DNA of 51,127 bases. Source: an uncultured Gammaproteobacteria bacterium (GTDB lineage: Bacteria > Patescibacteriota > Patescibacteriia > JAHIZJ01). The notes beneath the pieces were generated by a model, which saw nothing but the letters and a program-made list of their open reading frames with translations, was not told the origin of the DNA and searched no databases. The stretch spans positions 1-51,127 of the forward strand of contig CAYJKP010000001.1 of assembly GCA_964371245.1 (NCBI GenBank), in the 5' to 3' direction. Below are positions 25,975 through 33,564 of the stretch, piece after piece. The stretch's first letter is position 1, and every line of letters starts with the position of its first letter. Made by a program: the position numbers and the translations under genes.

Positions 25975-26322
25975 ATGACACAATCGAAAACATTTCAAGA
26001 AATCGTTGAGCAGAATCGGGTGGTAATAAAAGAATTTGAGAAAGTCGAGCAAAAACCCTGGGGCATCGAGGGCTCGATGATCGAGCTGGCCAAGCAGGTC
26101 GGTGATCTAGCCAAGCACGTCATGGTGTATGAGAAATATTACCTGTCGAGTCGGGAAAAGCTGACCCAATATACGACAACAAAAGATGAAATAGCCGATG
26201 AATTGACGGACCTATTTTTCATGATTGTCCGAATCGCCGATCATTATGATATCGACCTGGAAGAGGCACTGGTCAGAGTACGGCAAAATGACATGGCGGA
26301 GCTTAGGAAAGAAGCGTCGTAA
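25975..26322 (+). CDS. MazG-like NTP pyrophosphohydrolase
   Basis: All-alpha pattern LAKQVGDLAK...EIADELTDL....RIADHYDIDLEEA. Confidence 0.8.
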   Translation: MTQSKTFQEIVEQNRVVIKEFEKVEQKPWGIEGSMIELAKQVGDLAKHVMVYEKYYLSSREKLTQYTTTKDEIADELTDLFFMIVRIADHYDIDLEEALVRVRQNDMAELRKEAS

Positions 26323-26329
26323 TAAGAAC

Positions 26330-26776
26330 ATGGACAAAAACAAGCAGAAAATCGGCGTCGGGCTCGGGGTCATGATTCTGAAAGACGAAAAGGTACTTTT
26401 GGGTTTGCGCCACGGCGACCCGGCCAAAGCCGATTCCGAACTGCATGGCGAAAACACTTGGACCATGCCGGGCGGAAAATTGGAATTTGGCGAAGAGCTA
26501 GAGGACGCGTGCATCCGCGAAGTGTTTGAGGAGACCGGACTGACGATTGAACGGAACGCGTTACGGCTTATCAGCGTGGCAAACGACAAGGTCGCGGACG
26601 CGCACTTTATCACGCTCGGTTTTCTCTGTACCGAATTTTCCGGTGAGCCGGCGGTGAAAGAACCGGATGAAATAGTCGAATGGCGCTGGTGGCCGTTGGA
26701 GCAATTGCCGGAAAATATATTTTTTCCAAGTAAAAACGTGTTAACGAACTATCACAGTAAGAGAGTATATAGATAA
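26330..26776 (+). CDS. NUDIX hydrolase (NUDT15/MutT-like)
   Basis: VGLGVMI, TWTMPGGKLEFGEELEDACIREVFEETGL, HFITLGF and EPDEIVEWRW. Confidence 0.92.
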   Translation: MDKNKQKIGVGLGVMILKDEKVLLGLRHGDPAKADSELHGENTWTMPGGKLEFGEELEDACIREVFEETGLTIERNALRLISVANDKVADAHFITLGFLCTEFSGEPAVKEPDEIVEWRWWPLEQLPENIFFPSKNVLTNYHSKRVYR

Positions 26777-26781
26777 ACGCT

Positions 26782-27987
26782 ATGGTAGTACCAACTAGCG
26801 TGGAACAACAGCCGGATGCAATAAACGAAAAGGAAGCGAAGAAAAACGTCCGAACGTTTGCGGCCGCGTCGTTTTTTAATGACATGGGCTCGGACATGAT
26901 CTATCCGATCTGGCCGCTTTTTTTAACTGAGGTCCTGGGCGCGAACATGGCCATTCTCGGTCTGGTTGATGGACTTGGCGACGCCCTGGTATCAATCTCT
27001 CAAGCGGTTTCCGGCTATATCTCAGACCGAATTCGCAGACGGAAGGTCTTTGTTTGGATTGGATATTTCTTCGGTGGCATTTCGCGCGTCGGGTACGCGT
27101 TGGCCGGAACGTGGCAGCACATCATTCCGTTTCGCGTTCTCGACCGAGCCGGGAAAATGCGCGGCGCGCCCAGGGACGCGATGATCGCCGACGAATCCAC
27201 CCAGGCTAACCGCGGATCGCGCTTTGGCTTGTTGCGGACGATGGACAATCTCGGCTCAGTGCTTGGGGTGTTATTTACCATCGCTTTTCTCGGATTGTTG
27301 GGCTATCGGAAAATATTTTGGCTGGCGGCGATACCGTCAATCATCGCGGTAATACTTGTCATGTTTATCATCAAAGAGCGAAAAGCGCCCGAGTCAAAGA
27401 TATTTAAGGGCTTCAGCTTGAAATTTCTGCAGCGCGACTTCAAATTATTTCTCAGCTTGAACGCGGTTTTTGCGCTCGGCGCGTTCAGCTATTCATTTCT
27501 TTTAATTCTGGCCAAGAACCATGGCTATCGCGATGTAACCATCCCCATCCTTTATTTAGTATTCAGCGCCGTGGCTTCGTTGTTTTCTCTGCCGTTCGGC
27601 AAGCTGGCTGATAAAATCGGCCGGAAGAAAGTCATGCTCGTCGCTTTTCTGCTCTGGGTGGTTGTCTGTCTCGGCGCAATATTTTTTACGAGCATTTGGA
27701 TTATTCCCGTTATCTTTGTATTGTACGGCTTGCACCGGGGCGCTCTCGAACCGGTCCAGAAGACGCTCGCCTCTGAATTGGCGCCGGTCGATTACCGGGC
27801 GAGTAGCCTGGGAGCGTTTCAACTTATCACGGGATTTGCAGCTTTACCGGCATCGCTCGGCGCTGGTCTGCTCTGGGTGAGATTCGGAGACACGATCCCG
27901 TTTGTTGTTTCATTAGGGTTGACTGTTGTGGCCGGACTTTTGTTATTATTCATTCGTGAAAATAATAAATTAATAATTAAGGAATAA
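26782..27987 (+). CDS. MFS transporter
   Basis: About 12 TM segments; motif A GYISDRIRRRK and GKLADKIGRKK; DRAGKMRGAPRDA. Confidence 0.93.
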   Translation: MVVPTSVEQQPDAINEKEAKKNVRTFAAASFFNDMGSDMIYPIWPLFLTEVLGANMAILGLVDGLGDALVSISQAVSGYISDRIRRRKVFVWIGYFFGGISRVGYALAGTWQHIIPFRVLDRAGKMRGAPRDAMIADESTQANRGSRFGLLRTMDNLGSVLGVLFTIAFLGLLGYRKIFWLAAIPSIIAVILVMFIIKERKAPESKIFKGFSLKFLQRDFKLFLSLNAVFALGAFSYSFLLILAKNHGYRDVTIPILYLVFSAVASLFSLPFGKLADKIGRKKVMLVAFLLWVVVCLGAIFFTSIWIIPVIFVLYGLHRGALEPVQKTLASELAPVDYRASSLGAFQLITGFAALPASLGAGLLWVRFGDTIPFVVSLGLTVVAGLLLLFIRENNKLIIKE

Positions 27988-27991
27988 TAGT

Positions 27992-28324
27992 ATGGAAGAA
28001 AAAAATAACACTCCGGGTTTGAAAAAAAGTAAGCTAGCCTTATGGTCATTTATATTTTTATTAGGTGGATTATTTTTCTTTTTTACGGCATTTGCATTCG
28101 AAATGAATATGGGATGCGGAAGTAGTTTAATTACGTGGCACCAAAAATGCCCAGAAAATATTTATGGACTCTTCGTGTTAGGTGGCTGGGTATCATCATT
28201 ATTATCAATAACTTTCGGAATAATGGGGCGGAATACCGAAAAGAGAATACTTGCACGAATTAGTATAACCGCTAGTATTATACTGTTATTCTTAGCCGTT
28301 ATTAATTGGTTCATAGCGGGATGA
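27992..28324 (+). CDS. Small AT-rich three-TM membrane protein
   Basis: Three hydrophobic helices and a Cys pair in the loop; ATGA overlap with the next gene. Confidence 0.75.
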   Translation: MEEKNNTPGLKKSKLALWSFIFLLGGLFFFFTAFAFEMNMGCGSSLITWHQKCPENIYGLFVLGGWVSSLLSITFGIMGRNTEKRILARISITASIILLFLAVINWFIAG

Positions 28325-28977
28325 TTAAAGCCGTCATTTTTGACCAAGACGACACGCTCGTCAATACCTGGCCGTGGCACTGCGGCTCCATGGATGCCAT
28401 CATTCGCGAATATGGCCATCGCTTTTCGGAACTGCCAGCGGAAACCCAGAAGCGGATCGTCGGCCGCGAAACGACCGAGGCGATGGAGTCGATTATCGAC
28501 TTTTTCCATTTGCCCATACAGCCAGTTGATTTTCAGCAGAAGCGCCGGTCAATTTTTAATGCCCTGGCAAAAACTGGCCAGACGGACATGCCAGGCGCGC
28601 TCGATGTCTTGAAGCGTTTCGCGCAGGCCGGGTATGCGCTCGCCTTAGTTTCCTCGGGCAGCCCGTGGTATGTCCATGATGTTATCCAGCGGCACGGTTT
28701 TGAAAAATATTTTTCCGTTGTCATTACCTCAAAGGACGTCGTCGGACACAAACCCCTGCCCGATCCGTATGTAGCGGCCGTTCAGCGCCTCGGTTTACGA
28801 TCGGATGAGTGCGTCGTGGTTGAAGACGCCGAGATTGGCATTGAATCAGCCAAGGCCGCCGGTTGCAAATGCATTGCCGTACGAAACAGCCAGGTGCCCG
28901 AGCAGAATTTAGCGCCGGCCGATGTGATAATTTCATCGTTATCGGAACTTAGCCTTGACCTGATCCGTTCACTATGA
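28321..28977 (+). CDS. HAD family phosphatase (beta-PGM-like, IA variant 3)
   Basis: VIFDQDDTLV, VSSG, KPLPDPY and VVEDAEIGIESAKAAG. Confidence 0.92.
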   Translation: MIKAVIFDQDDTLVNTWPWHCGSMDAIIREYGHRFSELPAETQKRIVGRETTEAMESIIDFFHLPIQPVDFQQKRRSIFNALAKTGQTDMPGALDVLKRFAQAGYALALVSSGSPWYVHDVIQRHGFEKYFSVVITSKDVVGHKPLPDPYVAAVQRLGLRSDECVVVEDAEIGIESAKAAGCKCIAVRNSQVPEQNLAPADVIISSLSELSLDLIRSL

Positions 28978-29405
28978 GTAAACCAGCGACAATTCCCTGT
29001 GCCGGCTGCGCCATTATTGAGGATGGCAAGCTGTTATTGATGTTCAAGCGCGTCCATGGTCACTATGAATTTCCCGGCGGCCAGGTAGAGGCAGGCGAGA
29101 CGCTGGAGCAAGCCGCTCGCCGCGAGGTCAAGGAGGAGGCCGGCTGCGAGGTTGAAATAACGAAATACTTCGGCTATAGCGATATGACGTTTGTCCAGGC
29201 AAAAGGGAAAATCTATCGCGGGCATGTCTTTCTCGCGAAACGTAAACCAGGAGAAACAGTCAGGCTGGCTGATCCGATTGAGCATGAAAAAATCGTCTGG
29301 GTTCCGTTAGCTGAGTATCGTGAACAGCCACTCGCTCCAAACGTCAAGGAATTCTGCAAAAGATACTTAGCAGAATATGCTCATAATGTGACCATAAAAT
29401 CATGA
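28974..29405 (+). CDS. NUDIX hydrolase
   Basis: FPGGQVEAGETLEQAARREVKEEAG. Confidence 0.92.
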   Translation: MSKPATIPCAGCAIIEDGKLLLMFKRVHGHYEFPGGQVEAGETLEQAARREVKEEAGCEVEITKYFGYSDMTFVQAKGKIYRGHVFLAKRKPGETVRLADPIEHEKIVWVPLAEYREQPLAPNVKEFCKRYLAEYAHNVTIKS

Positions 29406-29722
29406 CTGGCCGAGCCGTATTCGTTGTCGTCTTTATTGCGCTCCTTGTTTTTGGGGCGATTCTGTATTTTTCGGAGTTTGCCCCGAGCAGCGGAACGACA
29501 ACCCAGAAAAACACGAATACGGCGCCAGCCCAGCATGAAAACTGCAATCAGAGATGTATCAACCGAGGTTTTGCCAAAGGACTGTGTCTGCGCGGGACAG
29601 CGGCCGAGTCAGCCAGCGTTTGCGTGAATCAACAGGGTACGGCAATTACCAACACCAACATCCCTATACCAGATTGCAATTATCAGACGGACGCGCAAAT
29701 CGGCGTCTGCTGCTGTCTATAG
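29402..29722 (+). CDS. Small membrane-anchored Cys-rich protein
   Basis: N-terminal TM and eight Cys (C...C....G.C ... CCC end); ATGA-coupled to the upstream gene. Confidence 0.75.
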   Translation: MTGRAVFVVVFIALLVFGAILYFSEFAPSSGTTTQKNTNTAPAQHENCNQRCINRGFAKGLCLRGTAAESASVCVNQQGTAITNTNIPIPDCNYQTDAQIGVCCCL

Positions 29723-29734
29723 GTTGAATTAGGC

Positions 29735-29757
29735 ACGAGCCTTCAGGTCTCGTTTTA
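29735..29757 (+). terminator. Probable terminator of the 24488-29722 operon
   Basis: ACGAG-CC-TTCA-GG-T-CTCGT-TTT. Confidence 0.5.
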
Positions 29758-29781
29758 TATTAGCAAAAAGCAAGTTATGTC

Positions 29782-30012
29782 TTGACGAAATGTGAAAAAG
29801 GGAGTAATATACATGCCGTCGCGAGTTTACTACGTGGAGGAACAACTGCTCGCGATGTGCATGGGGCACTCGAACGATGGAGGAACATCATGAATCGTTC
29901 CGGATCCCCTCACGCTCCAGGTTGACGCCCTTTTACGGGGTAAACAACATGGGTGGCTAGGCCATCATCACGCTCATCACGCGGTGTTGGCAATCGCCAC
30001 CCCTCTTTTTTT
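29782..30012 (+). ncRNA. Small transcription unit 1 (about 195-nt structured RNA or micro-ORF carrier), promoter included
   Basis: TTGACG-17-TAATAT; hairpins TCGCGAG/CTCGCGA and GAACGAT/ATCGTTC; 3' stem GGGTGGC/GCCACCC plus T tract. Confidence 0.55.
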
Positions 30013-30032
30013 ACTCGTTATTCAACTGATTA

Positions 30033-30300
30033 TTGCAATAAAGCTACCGAGGGAGTATCCTTGTTTTGTCATCCGTTTCCGGTACTGTCGTTCGCGGATG
30101 ACGCGAGTCCATGGGTCTTCCCGGATGGGAGAAAGGGACAACGTATGGCTCGGATCTGGAGGAGCATCCTCGTCTGATCACCTGAGGGGTGGCAACGACG
30201 AGTGAATCGCTCCAAACGGCCGGTGGCTAAAGCCTCGCGCAGCGCGCATTCGTGCGCATTGGGTGTTACCTGGCGATGGAGGCTGAAGCCACCCTTTTTT
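30033..30300 (+). ncRNA. Small transcription unit 2 (about 230-nt structured RNA or micro-ORF carrier), promoter included
   Basis: TTGCAA-17-TATCCT; 5' stem GTCATCCG/CGGATGAC; 3' stem GGTGGCT..AGCCTC/GAGGCT..AGCCACC plus T tract. Confidence 0.55.
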
Positions 30301-30321
30301 ATTGACAGTTTTTTATCAATG

Positions 30322-30516
30322 AAAAAAGCCGTCGGGTCAGTGCTTCTAGGGGTTGATGTGGACAAGTATCTCCTTGATTGGTCCAGGACCGGTACACTGA
30401 CTCCAGACGGCAGCCGTGGTGAGCAAGCTTGTGCTTTCCAGCACTGAGGGCTGGTGGTACGGCTAGGCCACTACCCGGCAGCTGGTAGTATAGGAAATAA
30501 TAACATGTGCTGTCAA
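30322..30516 (-). ncRNA. Small transcription unit 3 (about 160-nt RNA, minus strand), promoter included
   Basis: TTGACA(30516-30511)-18-TATACT; long 3' stem GCCGTC..GTCAGTG/CACTGAC..GACGGC followed by TTTTTT. Confidence 0.6.
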
Positions 30517-30524
30517 TAACGATA

Positions 30525-30553
30525 TTGACAGTATATCGGTTCTCAAGTACCAT
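30525..30553 (+). promoter_or_regulatory. sigma70 promoter for the lipoprotein gene, back-to-back with the unit 3 promoter
   Basis: TTGACA-17-TACCAT. The two -35 boxes form the inverted repeat CTGTCAATA-ACGA-TATTGACAG (30510-30531). Confidence 0.7.
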
Positions 30554-30623
30554 ACCGACGTCCCAACAACCATACACACCTGAGGGCTGGGCACGAGGGT
30601 TCGTTCTCCAAGGAGGGTCTCCA

Positions 30624-31166
30624 ATGCACCGGAAACTGTTCCTGAGCTGTGGTTACTGGGGTGTTGTCGCGTTGCTGTTGTCGCTGGGACTGGGCGCTAC
30701 TTCGTGCAGCAAACACGAAGCTGACCCTTTCACTACGGTGGCGGAGGCGTCTCATGGTGCGGTTGCGGCCGACTCAACCGGGGCGGTGCCAACGGCGACG
30801 ACGGATGCGTCGGTCGAGTCCGCGAAGGAACGTGACCCGGAACTGGATCTCAAGGGCACCATCGACGGCTATGACTACACGTATTGGCAGCGGCCGGGCA
30901 GCTGTCGGGAGTTGGTCCTGGCCCATGGCGACACCACTTGGGTCGTCTACGACGAGAATGACGACAACGTCATCGGCAGCGATCCTTGGGATGAGTACCG
31001 GATGACTATCGGCCAGGAATCCGTCAGGTGCGACTCCGAGGGGATCGAACGGTCGAAGCACTGGCCGGACGAGAAGCTCGATCGCGCCACTACGCTGCGT
31101 CGCGCCACGGACGATTTCCAAGACTGGCGGCGCAAGATCTTCATCAAGCACAACCAGCCGCTCTGA
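30624..31166 (+). CDS. Putative lipoprotein (ORFan-like)
   Basis: SD AGGAGG at 30611; signal MHRK...LLLSLGLGATSC; GC-rich codon usage. Confidence 0.8.
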   Translation: MHRKLFLSCGYWGVVALLLSLGLGATSCSKHEADPFTTVAEASHGAVAADSTGAVPTATTDASVESAKERDPELDLKGTIDGYDYTYWQRPGSCRELVLAHGDTTWVVYDENDDNVIGSDPWDEYRMTIGQESVRCDSEGIERSKHWPDEKLDRATTLRRATDDFQDWRRKIFIKHNQPL

Positions 31167-31184
31167 TTGTCAGTGCGGCTGAGC

Positions 31185-31213
31185 GCTCCTGAGTGATCAG
31201 GAGCTTTTATTTT
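31185..31213 (+). terminator. Intrinsic terminator
   Basis: GCTCCTGA-GTGA-TCAGGAGC-TTTTATTTT. Confidence 0.85.
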
Positions 31214-32832
31214 AGTATTCTCCGGGAGGAACCAGGGATCTTATTTTTCACCATATATGTTTCCTGCAGTCGATATCCAAGCCTCCGATAATAGCCGCGC
31301 ACGCCAATGCCGGAAATGACTGCTATTTTTTTATACCCATGCTCCTTCGCTATGCGTTCAGCTTCACGCATCAAACGTTTGCCAAAACCGAGGTGTTGAA
31401 CCGCCCGTTCACGGCCGCGTTGTAGCGGCAGTAATTGTCCGTAGGTATGGAGTTCGCGGATGATCGCCGCGCCTGTTAAAACAGGGAGTAAATAGTGTAG
31501 GCGAGAATGATCCCCGTAATGAATATGGGGCAAGCTATTTTTGCCTGGCGGTGACGGTAAGCGCAGCCGCACAAATGCATAGAGACGCTTTCTCGCCTTG
31601 TCTTCGTAGGAAATAAAATATTCGGTTCCGCCAGCGGCGCGGTATTTTTCAATCCACAGTTTTGCCTGGGTTGAATTTACCTGCGCGGCTCGGGCTTCGC
31701 GACAGCGGATACAATGGCATACCACCCCGCGTTCGTGAAGCACCTGCCGCAAGTTTGTGACGGTACTGCCGGCAGCAATATCCGGGCCGGGAATGTCGCG
31801 GACAAGCCGTTCCAGCCGAACCCAGCGCGGAACAAGAGCTTTCAGCTTCGGGATCAACGACAACAGTTGTTTCTCGGTGTACGGCCGATATTTATTCTGC
31901 TGCCAAAGCCGATACAGAGGCGAATGTTTTAACACCACGGTCGGATACAGCTTGAGGTAGTCGGGTTTGAACCGATCATCCGTAAAGACGCGGCGGAAAA
32001 CCCGTCTGTCCTTGGCCGGCGTAGCGCCAGGCAGCCCGGGCATGAGGTGGTAATTGATTTTTAAGCCGGCGTTACGGAGCAGCGCCGTGGCTCGTGAAAC
32101 GGTGGCGAGATCGTGGCCGCGTTTTATGTATTTCAATATTTTTTCATCGGTGGTTTGGACGCCGATTTGGACGCGGGTAACGCCGAGTTCGCGTAACCGG
32201 ACAATCTCCTCAGTGGTGACGAAATCAGGTCGAGTTTCAATCGTCAGTCCGATAATCCGGTTGTCGGCTTTTTCATTTCGTTTCTGCGCCTGGAGCAAGG
32301 TTGGCTCGTTTTTCCCGTTGGCCGCGTCGAAACAGCGCTTCACAAACCAGAATTGATAGCGAGGGGGATAGGCTGACCAGGTGCCGCCTAAGATGATGAG
32401 CTCGATTTTATCCGTCGGGTGACCGTTTGCCTGCAGGGTTTGAAGCCGCGACTGAACCTGGCGAAACGGATCAAAGTGATGGCTTAGCGCACGCTGGGCA
32501 GCGGGCTCGGAGGCGAGGTAGCTTTTTGGCATGCGGGCTTCGGCTGGGCAATAAATACACTGCCCCGGACAAGGATATGGTTTTGTCAGGACAGTGATCA
32601 CGGCGACGCCTGAGAGGGTCCGTATTTTACGCCGGCGAAGCAGGGTAATAATGATTGGATTCTCCGGTCGCCCCTGTTGATGAATGAATTGTCGATACGC
32701 CTGTAACAGTGTATGATGAGAGGGTAGGGTAAGGCTATATTTCTTGGCCACCCAACGCTTAAAACGCGCCAAGTCATCAGGCGTTTCAAGATTCGCGGCT
32801 ATCAATTTTTTTATCACGGGGGTGAGATCCAT
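31207..32832 (-). CDS. elp3: Elp3 radical SAM/GNAT tRNA U34 carboxymethyltransferase
   Basis: RTLSGVAVI, CPGQCIYCP, PKSY...EPA, DKIELIILGGT, IETRPD, HLMPGLPG, CHCIRCRE, RELHTYG, QHLGFGKRL and VISGIGVRGYY. Confidence 0.95.
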   Translation of the reverse strand: MDLTPVIKKLIAANLETPDDLARFKRWVAKKYSLTLPSHHTLLQAYRQFIHQQGRPENPIIITLLRRRKIRTLSGVAVITVLTKPYPCPGQCIYCPAEARMPKSYLASEPAAQRALSHHFDPFRQVQSRLQTLQANGHPTDKIELIILGGTWSAYPPRYQFWFVKRCFDAANGKNEPTLLQAQKRNEKADNRIIGLTIETRPDFVTTEEIVRLRELGVTRVQIGVQTTDEKILKYIKRGHDLATVSRATALLRNAGLKINYHLMPGLPGATPAKDRRVFRRVFTDDRFKPDYLKLYPTVVLKHSPLYRLWQQNKYRPYTEKQLLSLIPKLKALVPRWVRLERLVRDIPGPDIAAGSTVTNLRQVLHERGVVCHCIRCREARAAQVNSTQAKLWIEKYRAAGGTEYFISYEDKARKRLYAFVRLRLPSPPGKNSLPHIHYGDHSRLHYLLPVLTGAAIIRELHTYGQLLPLQRGRERAVQHLGFGKRLMREAERIAKEHGYKKIAVISGIGVRGYYRRLGYRLQETYMVKNKIPGSSRRILK

Positions 32833-33540
32833 ATGAAACCGGAATACGCGCAAACATTACTCCGAAAGGTGCGGAGCGACTATCAAATGATCGCTGACGA
32901 ATTTTCACAGAGCCGATTCGATATCTGGCCGGAATTTTTGGAATTTAAGAAATATCTCCAACCAGGTATATCGGTGCTCGACGTCGGTTGTGGCAATGGT
33001 AGAGTAACGAAGATTCTTGATGATGTAAAGGCGGAATATATCGGTTGCGACGTCAGTACGCGCTTGTTGGATCAGGCGAAGAAACTGTGTCCGAACCGGA
33101 AATTTGTCATCGGGGACAACATCAGCTTACCCTTTCCTGACGCGAAGTTTGACGCAGTCTTCTCAATTGCCGTCCTGCACCAGATTCCCGGCAATGAACT
33201 GCGCCAGAAAGCGCTCAACGAGATGGCGCGCGTCTTGAAACCGGGCGGCTATTTGTTTCTGGAAGTCTGGAATCTCTGGCAGACAAAATACCGCCACCTC
33301 TATCGGGCAACCAATATAAAAAAAATATTTGGCTTCACCGCGCTCGATACAAATGACGCGTTTCTGCCCTGGCGGCATTCCGACATCAAGCGCTATTACC
33401 ATGCGTTTACCGAAAAAGAATTACTGGAACGCATCAGCCAGGCCGGGTTTCGCATAGAAAAGAATTTCTTCAGCCACACCCTGCCGCCGGTCGGTCAAAG
33501 CCAATCGGACAATATTGTCGCCATTGCCCGAAAGCCGTAG
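32833..33540 (+). CDS. Class I SAM methyltransferase, Trm9/ALKBH8-like
   Basis: Y..IA..FS.SR...WPE; LDVGCGNG; SIAVLHQI....R..AL.E..RVLKPGG....VW; D.FLPW; RYYHAF...EL. Confidence 0.85.
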   Translation: MKPEYAQTLLRKVRSDYQMIADEFSQSRFDIWPEFLEFKKYLQPGISVLDVGCGNGRVTKILDDVKAEYIGCDVSTRLLDQAKKLCPNRKFVIGDNISLPFPDAKFDAVFSIAVLHQIPGNELRQKALNEMARVLKPGGYLFLEVWNLWQTKYRHLYRATNIKKIFGFTALDTNDAFLPWRHSDIKRYYHAFTEKELLERISQAGFRIEKNFFSHTLPPVGQSQSDNIVAIARKP

Positions 33541-33564
33541 CCGGCTAACAATTAACGAAACATC

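Noticed and set aside
29953-30577. Five ORFs of 73-98 aa in the track across the small-RNA region
   Set aside because: They run across promoters and terminators, overlap each other and lack coding character.
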